Source: Thalia democratica
Lineage: Eukaryota
NCBI GenBank assembly: GCA_965202585.1
Contig: OZ241826.1
Location: 29,760,001 to 29,824,000 of the forward strand
Direction of reading: 5' to 3'
Length of the DNA stretch: 64,000 nucleotides
Below are positions 12,601 through 26,413 of the stretch, piece by piece. Within the stretch, counting starts at the first letter, position 1; the number at the start of each line of letters is the position of its first letter. Made by a program: the position numbers and the translations under genes. A model generated the notes under the pieces. That model did no database searches. It saw only the letters and a list, made by a program, of their open reading frames with translations, and had not been told where the DNA came from.

Positions 12601-14795
12601 TATTAAGTTAAGATTACTTATTTGTATTTCGGTTTTCAATTTATAAAATATTATTTACGCTGTTACATTTTTGAAAATACTTTTCAAGTGATGATAAGAT
12701 ATAAAAACTAATTCATTGTTAAAATCATGTTTTTAGCTTACTAAATGAAAATGTACAATTATATATATCTTTTTGACTTGATATGGACTAAATAAACTTA
12801 CTTTATGAAAATTTTTAGTCTAATTGATGTAGCATGTAATTTACAAAAGTTTTCACGCGGAGGAGAGCATAGTAAATAGTTGCAAAAATGATTACTTTTA
12901 AAGCAAAGTTTTGTAAGATTCTTAGGAATTCATAACTTTTTATGATAATAAAGTTGAATAAACTCAGTAGATAAAAGTTTTGAGAAATTAAACAGTTATT
13001 CTTTTAAGTACTTTGTATGTTTAATAATTTTTTTTCTGCTGAAACTTTTAAGAATAGGGGAAGTTGCACTGTTAACAAAAAAAAAATAATTTTCCTCACT
13101 ATTCTCCTTGGAAAACATAATGAAACACAGCTTCACTGCAGTTCTATTTAGTTGAACATCAAATAATATAAAATCAGTCAACCAGAAAGCAATTTGATTT
13201 GAAACAGGTTTACATTTCTAAGATGTAGCATATAAACCAGTCACAGTGTGGTTGCAGTGATGATCTAAACAAAACCTTCCAGATTTAGTTCCAGAACTAA
13301 ACTTAATTGTTATTTTACAGTTTTTTGTATGGTTCTTTTTTAAACAATGTTTTTTTTCTGATTATATTTCCAAGTAGTTTATTATATATCTAACTATACA
13401 GTCTTATAGTATATTCCTTTTAGATCATATCCTTGTGTAAAAGTTTTGACCACATCTAAAGTATTTTCTAAAGTTTATTATTTGTTAGTGTTTGCAATTT
13501 TTCTTTAACACAACATATGTTTGTTCACGTTATGTCTAGTTAAATTTTCATTAAGTATTATATATCATTTAGGTAAGTTAGTGTCATAATTAATTTTATA
13601 TGGTTTATAGTGTGGTTAGTAAATATATAATGACCATAAAATATAATATTTAAGTAACCTTCATTTATGGTTTAAAACCTGTTCAAATATAGTCATATAA
13701 TTAAAAGTCTTAAAAAAGGTTCTGCTCTAAAAGGCTAATAGCTAGAAAGCTTTTTTTTTCGTGTTCTCTGCTTATGTGATTTGCCACATACAAAAAAAAG
13801 CTAAGCAACTATAAAACTTTCATTTTTGAGGGCCAACAGATGCACCCTAATGCACATTTTAGAAAGAATTATGAAAACTTTAAAATGTTAAAAGTTTTTA
13901 AACAATTTACAAAAATAAACCCTGGAATTGTTTTAAAATAGCTACATATATTACACTTCTTCTTTCAACTGTTTTATAATCAAACATCAGGCTAGCTTTA
14001 CACTTTTCAGATTAAAGTGGTTACATGACAAATCAAGTTTGGACAACTCGAATTCAAGCAGTTCAAATTCTTTAAAAAAAATTTAAAAGACTGAATCTCA
14101 CACACTAGTATAAATTCGAAAAAAAAGTACATATGTAGATCTTATTAAAATCTACAAACCACTTTTAATTTTGTGCAAAATCTTAAAAAATTCTTAAGAT
14201 ATTTTAAAATCAATAATAATTTAAATGGATTTTACTTTATTCAAGCCATATTTAAAGTAACTATTTAATGTTTGCAATAAGAAAAGGCTTTTAGATATTA
14301 ATAGGAACTAGGTATGCATTTTTATGTTTGATAAATATACATTACTTTTTTAGTTGTGACCATTTAAATTTTTTCTTAACAATTTGAATTGTCTGAATTT
14401 GAATAGTCGTGCACATGATTAAAGTAGACTGGTTTTATATTTTGTCACACTTTTTAATGTATTATGCCGATGGTGGGCAATTTTTCTACTCAGTTGGATA
14501 ACTTTACTAGCAAAAAAGGAGCGGACTTGTAATAGATATCCCTACCTTGCTTAAATTTACAAAACTAAACTAAGAATTACCATTCAACTGTAAAACTGCA
14601 ATGAATTAATTTAAGCACTATGAATTATATAAGCACTATTGAAATTAAGTTTTTTTTATTACTCATTAACTTAACTTAGTAGTAAATATTTTTTAAAACT
14701 TGATGGAGTAAACCAAGCTATTTTTTCAATTTCAAATCAAGTTTATCAAATCATCTATGTTTTATGAAACTTTTTTTAGACTTAAAGTAGTTATA

Positions 14796-14996
14796 ATGAA
14801 AAATAACATGTCTAAACAAAACCAAGACTTACCAGCAAAAAGATGCGAGCTCGGTCACCTTGAAAAAGCATTTGTGGAAACAAATGGAAATTTACTCGAC
14901 TGTGGTAAAGCTAGGAGAAGGCCTGAAAACAATACTTATGTGAAATTGTGCAAGAGTAGTGCTGAAAAAGTTTTGGCGAAGAAAAAAATGGAAAAT
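14796..14996 (+). pseudogene. Degenerate protein-kinase N-lobe exon (subdomains I-II)
   Basis: The frame starting at 14881 reads QMEIYSTVVKLGEGLKTILM*NCARVVLKKF (GEG loop and VxxKKF resemble CDK/CDKL N-termini). The ATG at 14796 joins it only via a shift in an A-run; in-frame TGA at 14941-14943; donor-like GTAAAC at 14997. Confidence 0.45.
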
Positions 14997-17900
14997 GTAA
15001 ACAACGTTTTCGAAGCAGGTTGCGCTAGTTTGAAAACTTACCATTTTTATTTATTTTAGAGTTTCTATAAATATTTTCATAAAATATTATCGAGCTTGCT
15101 GATAATTGTATTGCTGATATTGTACTGCTATAGTCAAATTAAATTAAAAGAGTGGATTTTTTATGAGGTCTATTTATAAGATTCTTTATTTATGTCTATA
15201 GTTGCAGCAATTTTGCCAAAAAATAATGCTCCAATATTTTTACGACTTCATAAATTATTTAGGGTAAAAATTGCACAAAATAGTTGTAAAATAGTTGAAA
15301 AATTGAGGGTAGGAATCTTTATGGGTAGTTTTTTATGGAGCTGTACTTTTTATGTGTGTAACTGAAGCAATTTAGAAAGAAAAGGCTCCAATAAAATAAA
15401 AAATTTTGCTTTAAATAACTGTGGCCAGGTCCGTAGGAGTCCTAATGATTGCTTAAAAATAATTATAATTTAAAATTTTCAATGTACAATCTCAGTGGCG
15501 ACACATGTACAATAGTGATTTTGTATTACTATAAACATATCAATGTACTAATAGAGAGGAGTGATAATTAAACTGATGGTAAAAGTACTTTATTGAACTA
15601 TTGCTTACTTAGCTTTAAACATCACAAAGTGTAGAAATAATATTAAAAAATAGATTTAATTAAAGTGTACACTTTGTCTGTATACGTCAAATGGCCTTAA
15701 ACCAAATAGAAAAATTAAAAAAAGTTATATGATTTTCTGTACAATAACGTTTCTCTTAAATATGGAACCAAAAGCTATCAATATTGTATAATTAATAAAT
15801 TCTACTTAACTCTATGTGGCTACCACCAAAGTTTTAAGAAAAAAATGAATTTTTCTAAATTTTTGATATCTTAAAAACACAAGTTTTATTTTCTTTTAAA
15901 GAAACACAAGTGATAAAAATTTCAAATTTTATCATGACTTTTTTTTTCAAAATTACAATATTCCAATAAATATCAAGTTTTAATGGACACCCTCTTAGCT
16001 TTATTCTAAATTAAGAAATGAAATTGAAACTGATATTTTTTTTATAAATAGTTAAAATTTATTTTACGATTAAAAGCTACTAAAATGTATTATAAAAAAG
16101 ATAAAGAAGTTAATAGCTTTTATTGAATACTTTGAATTCATGTGAATTTTTGTGTACTAAATAGCAGATAAAACAAACACTATATACATATTACTTAAAT
16201 AATAAAAGAATGTTTAGTATTGCATATTTGTTTAATTCAGATTTTTTATTAGTTAGAAAAAAAAAACAAAGTAAATTTATAATAGGGCTAGACAACTATT
16301 ATGTTTTGTTTAAAAATTTTAAGCATAAAAATTACCCAAAATAAACTTAATGACGTCATCAAAATATTGTGTACTATTTACAAAATTGCTGTAATTGAAA
16401 GTACCAAATATTAAAAGTAACTATAAAAACTATTACTAAAAAATAAGTCATGCTGAAAAGAAAAATTGAATGACTTAAATTAAAAAAATGGCTCCATTAA
16501 TAGTCCTTCTGCTCATTTCTCGAGCTTTTTTTTGTTAAAATTCCAGAAAAAGCGTTTCGGCCTAAATGAAATGCACTTTGTTTGCGATCTTTATTTGTAA
16601 ACAAATGTTATTACATGCATACAAAAATTATACAAACTTTCTTCCCTGGTTTATTAGCCATAATAATATGTAATAACAATTATAAAATTGGTCGATCGAA
16701 AAATGTGTAATTCTATTTAAACTTTGGATAATTTTACAAACATTTTACTTTTTTTTTTACAATTACGGGAGAAAATAAATTTAATTAGTAATAAATTATG
16801 GTTTTGAAAACTATATCTTAAAAAATTACCTACAATGATATCATAGACGTTTACGATGTTATGATTATATTTTATAAATATGATTTTCTAATTCAAAACA
16901 CATTTGATAAATTAATAAAGTTATTAAAGGGATATGTTTAAGTAAGCAAAAACAAGGAAAAAGTATTAATTTAAGTTCAAACTGAACTTAACGAGTTTAC
17001 TCGCGTTTTGTTTAAAAACAAAAACTCCTTAAGCTTGTAAACTATATTTTAAGATTAATCTTAAGTTAATACTTGCTCTTATTTCAAGGTTCATTTTAAG
17101 CTATTAAATAATTAAATTACATTTGTTTGATTGCACATATTGTGTGTAGTGCAAAAACTAAGTCACTAAATACAATTTTTAATTGTAAAAATGTTTATAA
17201 CGAAATCTGAATTATTATCAAATAGTCTTCAATCACTTTTGTCACAAACAAGTACTAAGAGCCAAACAATTTTGTTAGTTTAGTAAGTACAGTTAGACTA
17301 CTTATTCGGGTACTTGTAATAATTGACAGCGATGATAAAAACGTTTCTTTCGATGATTTTCGAATTGTTTAGATGGTAGAAAACATAAAAGCGTTAATAA
17401 TAACTTAAAACTATAAGTACTAAAAAACGAAACAATGCTTGTAAGGCTCAACCATATCATTCAAGTGGTTACACAAAAAACTGTAAATGTAGAAAAGTAG
17501 TATGTTAGATAGTTTATATTTTTTATGAATGAAAAACGAGTTTTTCGAATTAAAGTTGGTTTATTATATATACTAAAGACAACTGACTCACAGCTTGATT
17601 TTATGATAAAGCATGGGACTCACAAATTTAGCTAGGTAAAACTTTTTTATACAATTATATTAGTGTAGGTAAATAAATTTACTTTTTAGCCTATAACAAA
17701 ATAGATTAATATAAGAAAATATGTTATTCTGTTTGTTTATCGAATAAGACAAAGCTGAAGGATACCTAAAGTTTTGTATAGAGAATTTAAATTTATTTTT
17801 AACTGCATAATAAATTATGATGTATATAATTTCATTATTTTACAGTTTAAACTTAGCTTTTAAATAAGAGCAAGTAAAAATTTCAGAAAAAATATATATT

Positions 17901-18846
17901 TTAGACCCCTTACGACCAGTTTTTAGGTTTAATTAAGTAAAGGTAATGAACAATTTCAAATACTTCAAAATTTGCTTTAAACAAAATGCGAGTATTTAGT
18001 TTTTAATAAAAATTCTTCGTACTCTAGTTTACCTAAACACATCTTTTTAATAACAATATTAATTAATTAAATATGATTTAATTAGAAAACGATACATACA
18101 AAATATGTTCAGAATATAGAAACAGCCTTATGGTATCATAATACAGGCTAAAATATCCCAAACTTTTTTAAGAGGCCTCCACTCAAAAAAAAAAAAAAGC
18201 TATGACCCACTCCTATACGCTTATGACTTTGTTTTTTGCTTTTTATCGACAACTCAAGGATATTTAGTGTACGTTTCAAAGTTTGGCCTAAAGGCCTCCT
18301 GTAAGCCTTTTACTGGTCACGACTCCTCTTTGGAACCCGCGGGCGTCATATGATCTACTTGGAAAAACTTTGGTGTAGACCTTAATATGTATTATAGACA
18401 AATTTAAAAAAAATAATTACAAAACTATTAGTAGTTATAAGTTAAATTTGTTTTCTTCTGTAATTTTAACTAATAAATAAAAAGTTTTTAAAAGTACGCA
18501 TAGTTTTGAAAAAATTAATCAATTTAAAATCAACCAATTTTATTATTGTTTTAACATTTTATTAAAATTTAGCATACAGTTATTTACAAAAAAAGATCAC
18601 AAACAAAGTGCATTTCTTTTAGGCCGTAACTCTTTTTCTTGTATGTTTATAAAGAAAAAAGCTATAAGAAACAGTATTAGGACTTTGAATGTAGTCATTT
18701 AATTTTTTTCATCTTTTTCGCGTGACTTATATTTGTAAACTATTTGTTTTGTAAAACGGCCAAATAGATATTATTTATTCAGAGAAAACTCTTACCAAGC
18801 TTAACAACAAGTGAGTTTGGCTTGAAAACTAAAGCGTTCAGCTGCA

Positions 18847-20319
18847 ATGAATTTAATTTCAAATATTTTCACAGGAACAACGGGATACGACCGGATCAAA
18901 ACGTTTCAGCGTTTCGAACCCGAAGATTTCATTTTAGACGAAAGCGTGAAACGAGACGTCGTCGAGCGCATGAGCAATAAAATGAGCGTCAAAAACGTTG
19001 CAACTTACCACAAGGTGGCGAAAACGTTCGGCATGCCCTCATTTTCAAAAGCGACTTTGCGCTGTATGGAGCGCTTCTTCGTCGCAGCTGCCAGAAGCCA
19101 AAACTTCCTGCACCTCGATTTCGCGCTGTTGAGGGCAATTCTGTCCAGTTCGAAGCTGAACGTCACGTCGGAGATGGAGGTGCTTCGCGTCGCCGACCGC
19201 TGGGTGAGCTTCGGAGGCGCGGAGAGGCGCAAGTATTCAAAGCGCCTTCTCACGAAAGTCCGTCTTCCTCTGCTTTCCAACCGTGAACTGGATCAATTTT
19301 TAAACGAGTCTTTGGCGTTTCAGAGATGCGACACTTGCTGCTCGCTGATCGACGACGTCTTGAAGGGGAAAACCCGAAACAAGGATATTGAGCCGAGGCG
19401 CTGCGACGACTTGGACCTGGTGGTCGTCGGCGGCAGGAATTTATGCAGCATGACCCAGCCCGTGCAGCGGATCAACGGAAGAAACGGCTCGGTGACGAAA
19501 TGCGCAGATTTGGAGTTTCCTCAATACCGGGAGTTCTGGATTTCAGCGTGCTTGGACGGCTGCGTTTACGTTTTCGGCGGCAGTGAAGACCACGCGCAGA
19601 ACGTCGCGGTGAAAAAGTTGCCGGTAGGTGGCCAAGAGTGGCAAGACCTGCCCGATCTGGACCTGTTTGCAACCTACTTCGGCTTGTGCGCCTTCATGGG
19701 CCACATCTACATAATCGGCTCTTGGATGTATAGTTATGACGATGACAATTCTGAGGAATGGTCAGAGGATCGCTGCGTCAGATTCGACGCGAAAACTCAC
19801 GGGTGGGAGGAAATCGGAGGGCTGCGCGAGGCAAGGACGCAAGCGGGAAGCGCGGTTTTCAGAGGCAAGGTTGTAGCGTGCGGCGGATTTCAAGATCGAA
19901 AACAGGAGAGCGTCGCAAACAGGAGGATTTTTTCGAGTGTGGAAGCGTACGACAGCGCAGCCGACGAGTGGGCTTTCATGCCGAGCATGATCGAGCAAAG
20001 AACGGACTGTCAGGTGGCGGCCATCGGAAACAAGTTGTTTGTGTTCGGCGGCGGGCCCGCGACCTGCGAGGTCTTTGACTACGTTTGCGATCGCTTCGTT
20101 TTTCTGAGAATGCCGCCCGCGGCAGTTGACCTCGATCGGTGTGCCGTTTCGGTTCAGGGAAGCAGAGTGGTTGTTTTCTTGGACGGCAGTGGGAAAAAGG
20201 CGGTTTACGACGCGGAAGCACGCGATTGGTCGGTTGAAAGTTGTGACGTTACAACCGAATATTCGAGGTACACGGTCGTTAAAGTTCCTGCGCCGTTTGG
20301 TGGCAAGAAAACTCAGTAA
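18847..20319 (+). CDS. Intronless BACK + Kelch-repeat protein (Kelch-like family) lacking a complete BTB domain
   Basis: 490-aa intact ORF. BACK motif FLHLDFALLRAILSSSKLNVTSEMEVLRVADRWV...RLLTKVRLPLLS. Kelch blades with GG/Y/W signatures (VVVGG, CVYVFGG, VVACGG, VEAYDSAADEW, KLFVFGG). AATAAA at 20457-20462. Roughly half G+C against about one quarter in the flanks (by eye). Confidence 0.93.
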   Translation: MNLISNIFTGTTGYDRIKTFQRFEPEDFILDESVKRDVVERMSNKMSVKNVATYHKVAKTFGMPSFSKATLRCMERFFVAAARSQNFLHLDFALLRAILSSSKLNVTSEMEVLRVADRWVSFGGAERRKYSKRLLTKVRLPLLSNRELDQFLNESLAFQRCDTCCSLIDDVLKGKTRNKDIEPRRCDDLDLVVVGGRNLCSMTQPVQRINGRNGSVTKCADLEFPQYREFWISACLDGCVYVFGGSEDHAQNVAVKKLPVGGQEWQDLPDLDLFATYFGLCAFMGHIYIIGSWMYSYDDDNSEEWSEDRCVRFDAKTHGWEEIGGLREARTQAGSAVFRGKVVACGGFQDRKQESVANRRIFSSVEAYDSAADEWAFMPSMIEQRTDCQVAAIGNKLFVFGGGPATCEVFDYVCDRFVFLRMPPAAVDLDRCAVSVQGSRVVVFLDGSGKKAVYDAEARDWSVESCDVTTEYSRYTVVKVPAPFGGKKTQ

Positions 20320-20662
20320 AGTATTTTTACAGTAATTTTTCCGCGCACGCTCGTAAACAAGTCTAAAACAGACAGTTTGTTAAGTGAAAGCCTCTATGTA
20401 TATTTTCGCTTGCCTAATTGATTAACTTTTTTTTTAATGTTTTGTTACAGTTGCTGAATAAAGTATTATTATGAACTAAAGTAACTATTTACTGTTTTAT
20501 AGTTTAATTTTCAAAAGTTTTATGCGTTATGCTGTTTTACAACTTTAATTGTTTACCATTAGGAAGCAGCAATAAAGTGTTGATACTTTTAGTGCTAAAA
20601 ATATTTGAATCAAAGCTGTAATATAAATGTATATATATATATTTATATACACATATAATTCA

Positions 20663-20829
20663 TTGAGAAAGTAAGATTTTAAAAATACTGGTACATATGT
20701 TTTATAAGACTAGACGCTTTAATCATCAGCCAGTTAAATTAAAAGATTATAAATTTAAGTGGCTGATGATTAAGGTGTCTAGTCTTATGAAACATATGTA
20801 CCAGTATTTCTAAAATCTTACTTTTTCAA
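20663..20829. repeat. Inverted repeat, 70-bp arms with 27-nt spacer (hairpin/MITE-like)
   Basis: Arms 20663-20732 and 20760-20829 differ at 5 positions, all transitions. Confidence 0.9.
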
Positions 20830-23242
20830 AAAAAATTTTAAAAGACTTTCAAGTTGGTTCAGTAGATGGTGTTCAACTTTAAATAACAACCCTATTATAT
20901 ACATATAAACATATATATATATATGAATATATTCTAAAGTTATAAATATATTGTTCGTTAAACAATAAAAGAAAAGCGCTCAAAATGTTTGGTATAAGGA
21001 TTTGGTGTAAAAAGAACCTTTTTGGTATCGAGTCGTACACCACATTTTCTTACAATTTCTTATAAGCTAACAATATTAAGTCTTTTAAATTTAAAGTTTA
21101 ACATACAACACAATTGATTAAAAAAAGAATAGAATACTAAACGAAAATTATTCAAGTAATTTGTTAACTTTAAAATGGTATACAAAGTGTACTAAAAAAC
21201 TTAACTAATAACATACAAATGAAAATAAAGTACAAGCTTTAAACTGAAAAAACTAAAATAAGTTGAAAAAAAATAGATCCAATTAAATATTATCTTTAAC
21301 TTATAAAACTAAATAAACAATAAATCCTAACAGCAAACATGAAATATTTGAAAATTGGTTTTAACTTTCTAAAGAAGATAAAAATTTAAAAAGCTGACAT
21401 GTATTAAGGTTAAGTTTTAAAAGTATTTTATGATAGTATTTTTACTATTCATTTTCTATTTACTAGTATAATTCAAATAGTTTAACGACAAGCAAAGTTA
21501 AGTGATACAGAGTAAAATAAAAAATAGGAATTTTGTTTTTACTTTTTAGATTTATGAATTTAACCATAAACTTAACTTAACAAAAAAGGATTTTGTATAC
21601 TTTTGAAAATAAGTACCGCAGAACTTACACACTATGGACTTAATAAAAAAAAGTTGCTAATAACAAAATGCCTTTTTTTCATAATTTGAATTTTAATATT
21701 TGAATTTTTTCTAAGCCTAAATATGCAAGTTCAACAAAAACATTTTTTTTTTGCAAACACAGTATTTTAATTTAAAGTTTATCTTTAAAAAAATCTAGGT
21801 TCATTTATTCTAAATTTACTTTAAATTGAAGTCTCAGCCTATCATTTATGAGCTTACCTCTTTGCACAATGATAGATCTATAACTAAATTTTAACATAGG
21901 CAAGCTAGTAATGAAAATCTTTATTAATATAATTAGAAGCTAGTTAAAAAAAGTAATCTCAATAAATAATCTAAATAAAAGCCAAATAAAATACCTGCAA
22001 TTTAGACTGAACCTCTGATATTGCACCCCTTCAAATCAATTTATGACACAAAACTTTTGGCTATAAATAAAAAACATTGGTGTTTTCCTTTAATAAAGGT
22101 AAGTAAAATGTTAGCAGTACTCACTTTTAACCTTGAAAAACGTTATTTGACAAAAAATTAAGTTTATTCTGGAACCTACCAAAATCAATTCGACTTTTTA
22201 AACATAATTGTAGCTCAGTCAATAATTTACTTCTTTGGTAGGCGAGCTAGTTATCATCACTGTTGTTGTTTATTGTAGGTAGGAAAAAGTTTGTTTCTAA
22301 AGACATCGTAAACTTATTTTGAATGATTTTAGTATATACTTTAAAAGAAATCATTATACTTAGTTAGTAACAAGTCATTCTCAAATTTAAACATGAACAA
22401 ACCTAATCATATAGATACAGACTTAAAACATTGGTATATATTATTTAACTTATCTTTATTATACTACCCTCATATTTTTTAAAATGTATGCATCTAAATG
22501 CTCTATTTATGAGAACATTGTTACCATTTATAAACTTTTTAATTTCTCTTATCCAGCACAACAACCAAAATCTAACATTGATCATAGACAAAGAATCAAA
22601 TATTATAGATATTGATATTTTAAAGAAATTTCTCGTTTTATGTAATACATCTAATATTTTTTGTAACTATGTTTTTATATGATCTATGTGTTCAGACCAG
22701 TTTAAATTTCTTTCTATAGTTATTCCTAAATACATATAAAAATTTGTATCTTTATATAAAAATCTTGTTATAAGTCGTACTTTTGAATGTTTAATATTCA
22801 CGCGTTCTACTAAAGACTTTATTTGTGTGATATTTTTTAATGTTAATATTTTCTAAAGTCGACATTTTTTAAAATATGAATAGGTGGTTCATAATATAAA
22901 AAAATGTATAAAGGTGACTCATAAATAATTTTTAAGCTCGGTTTTTATAGAGAAATAGGTTGTAATTAAAATAATAAAATTATTTTATTAAGTTTAACTT
23001 ATTAAGTATTTAAGAAAATACATATTTTAGTAAGACTTAAGTATATTAAACAATGTAAATTCTGTTGCAATAAATATTTATGTATTAAATAGACATTCTA
23101 AGTATAGCTAAAAGTCATTTAAAGTAATTAAGTGAATAAAAGTAAAACTATCTCTGATGTGACCAAAACTAAAACCAAAAGATTATTCAAATATCACTAA
23201 AACTAAAACTGTGACACGCGAAGATTTTGAAAACTTTAATTT

Positions 23243-23276
23243 TGGCCCGCGAGCACCAACTGCCTGCCGACCCCTG
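23243..23276. mobile_element. Isolated hAT-type terminal fragment
   Basis: tggcccgcgag...gccgacccctg is the reverse complement of CAGGGGTCGGC, a common hAT terminus with a GGCCCGCG subterminal motif. Partner end not found. Confidence 0.45.
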
Positions 23277-24400
23277 TCTTAAACCATTGATTTAGTTTGC
23301 GGTTTGTAGTTTATTCGTAGTTTGATTTGTAAGCAACACCTTCCCCTTATAGATCTTTAGTACTTTTAAGTTTTGATTTTTTGGCCGGTTTATTGTTAAT
23401 GTGCTTGGAGCTTTAGATTGTAAAATTATTGGATGCTCAGTTGATTTGTAAGCTAGATTTATAAATTGTTGCTACCACATATTTGAAGTAATTTTTAATT
23501 AAATTTGGTAAAACTTTGAAAACAGGATCAATAACGAATAATTTTTGAGATCAATACTCTAAAAGATGAAAATTTATATCTAAAATTAAAAATAAATGCC
23601 GTTTTGAATTTCTTATTTAATGAAGAATGGTTGACTTATATCTTCAAGATAGTTCCTAGAATTCCGAGCCAGATTCTGAAAAATTTTGACAAGAGGTGCT
23701 TATTTAAAAAAATATTCTTTTGAAATGCATAGATAGAAATTAGTAGCTTTGGAATTGTTTGAACATTTTAGTTATAAAAGTTTGAGTTTTTTCAGTTTGT
23801 ACCTTATATAAGATTTATGTTTATTTTAAGACGGTATTTTGTTTTTTTATTTTTATGTTAGTGTCTTTCAATTTAAGTGGCGTAGGTTTTAATGCCTAAG
23901 TCCTTCGTTTGACAATAAATTTCAACAATAACAAAAATAATAATGCATACAAAAATAGTTTTTTTTGTTTTTAAAGATTTTCTTGTTTTATGAATGGATA
24001 TTTAAAAGTTGCGGTGAATTTCGTTTTATCTTTACAAAAGTTTTAAAACTTTCATTTACAAAACAGCTGTATTAACAAATAACATAAATTAATTTTTTTT
24101 TGTCATTAAAGTATTCTATTTTTCAAATAAATTGTTATATCTAAAGAATTTACAAGATAGAAATACTTAAATAAAATTAAAAAAAATGTTTTGTATTAAT
24201 ATATTTCTAATTTATTTCAGTAATTGCTTTAGTAAACATTTAAAAGCTGTAATTATTAAACTGTGTGACAGGACCTAAACTTATTTCTTATATGCATTTT
24301 CGTTAAAAATATTTAAATTTTTATTGTACATAAAATTCTATAATATATACTTTTTTTTCAAGTAACAAATTTTAAACAACTATTAAGACATATTTAATAT

Positions 24401-24942
24401 GGGTAGGTGCAAAATATGCATGAAGACAATTTTAAACGGGTTGATTTTTAGATCCATTTTTTATAAAAAAAATTTATTTAGTATTTATTTTTACTATCAC
24501 TGTTACCCCTAACCCTTACCTCGGATGGTAACTTAGATTTACTTATTTTTTTATTTTTTTTATTTTTTTTCTTTCAGTTATAATTAATTTTTTTTTAACT
24601 ACTATTTTCTTGTTACTTTTGGTGTTATTCTTACCCCTAACTCTTACCCTCGGTAGGTACCTTTTTTATTTTTATTTCTATACTATCTATTTTTCACTAC
24701 CACTGTTACCCTAACTTTCGGTCGGTATCTTTTTTATTTTTTGCTTTTTAATTGTTGTTCATTTATTAATCAATTATTTTCTACTCTCGTGCAAAAATGA
24801 CCCTTCGTTCAAAATTGTTCTTCGTGCAAAAGTGTCTCCGTGGAAAAGTGTTTTGTGCAAAAGTGTCCTCGTGCAAAAATATCCCTTCGTACAAAAGTGT
24901 CTTCGTGCAATAGTGTCCCTTCGTGCATATTTGACCTGTTCC
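24401..24942. mobile_element. Non-autonomous element with imperfect terminal inverted repeats, TAACCCTTACCC-type units and a 16-17-nt tandem array (Helentron/HINE-like or MITE)
   Basis: Left end gggtaggtgcaaaatatgcatgaag versus the reverse complement of the right end ggaacaggtcaaatatgcacgaag. Three ttacc(c)ctaac...cgg units at ~24490-24725 and about nine tcgtgcaaaagtgtc-like units at 24789-24930. Related pieces at 560-600 and 50843-51210. Confidence 0.65.
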
Positions 24943-26413
24943 GTATAACATATCAATTAACCAACGAACTGTAAAAATTCTATTCAAATATTTTTATATA
25001 TATTTGTATATTTAGATTCTAAAGACCATAAAGTAACTATCGTAAGTTTTCTATCCACAGTTAAAGTATATACCAACAAAAACACTAAACACAACTGAAA
25101 ATAATTTGTTTCTATTTTTTTTATGGTATTAAGGCCTCGAAAAAATCTTTATATAAGTAGTTGATACTTAACTTATTCATTTTAAATTTGTTTCTGTTAA
25201 ACTCAACACTTTCTTCCTACTCAGCTATTCTATTACAATAATATTTGCATAAAAAAGCAACAAAAATGTGGACGGCGCGTTGACAAACGCATTAAATATT
25301 TATATGAGGGACTAGTAAACAAGAGCGTTCGTTACTTTTTACATCTGGTTACAAATATTTTATTTATTTATTTTTTGATATTCTAGTACAAATAGTTGAA
25401 AAAAATTTCAAGATGAATTATCTTACTTTAACTTATTTTTTTTGCTTTTTTAATTAAAATAGGTGTCGAGTTAGTGTTTTGATTATTAAAAGCATTTATT
25501 TTCATAAAATAAAACGAATAATGTAGTTTAAAAATCATTTATAGAAAAAATTAAGTATCAACCAAAAAGCAAGAATTAAGTAGTTCAACGAAAAGTTTTT
25601 AAACTAAATGCTGTAAATAAAAAAATATAAAACAATTTTGCTGAAACATATGAAAACTTTATGTATTATTTATACATTCTTTAAAATAAAGTTATTAAAG
25701 AACAAACTTAGGTTAAATCGAAAAAAAAACTTATAAATTTAAAGTTACAGAAATTTAAGAAGTAAAAACTTCCTTAATTTTACAGAATGTACATCATTTG
25801 CTAAAGTGGATATAGCTTTTTTTTTCTAATTTTTCTATCTTGATGTAGGCATAAGCAATAAAAAAACACTGGTCTTAATAACGTCTTACAAGCAATTACT
25901 CCAGCTATTATAAACAGTAAAAGTTAAAAAAAATCAATACTAAATACTAAATACTAAAAGTATGTAATTAAAAATTGTTTTACTTTCAATAAAAAAAAAA
26001 TATTAAAAAACTCGTAAGATAAGTGTACTTAGATTAAATCTTAATTAAACATTTACAAATACTTTTACATTACCAAAAGAGTATAATTATATGTTATATA
26101 GAAGTTTTTATATATTTCTATATTCAGAACTTTATTTATTCTATTTTATTTAATATAACACTTTGTAAATAACATTCAAGCTATTGTGTATGTATTCTAA
26201 TTGAGTAAGTGTTGCATACTTTTGTTATTTGAATTTTAATACTTAGATACAACGTTAATAATGCATTTTGTATTAATTAAAAGTTTAGTATTCAGTAATA
26301 ATTAAATTTCGACTAATTATTTCGTATAGATTTGCAATGATTATTTAGTGAAAATATCTCTAAAAATGCTTACAATTTTTTTAAAGATTAATAGTTTAAA
26401 ATTTTTTATCTAG

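Noticed and set aside
19005-20335. Overlapping alternative-frame and antisense ORFs within the Kelch gene, and similar ones within gag/pol and the 6-7 kb and 33-34 kb genes
   Set aside because: Expected by-products of GC-richer or real coding sequence; no recognisable motifs.
24789-24930. Short tandem repeats resembling a CRISPR array
   Set aside because: Units are 16-17 nt, adjacent, with no unique spacers and no cas genes; eukaryotic context.
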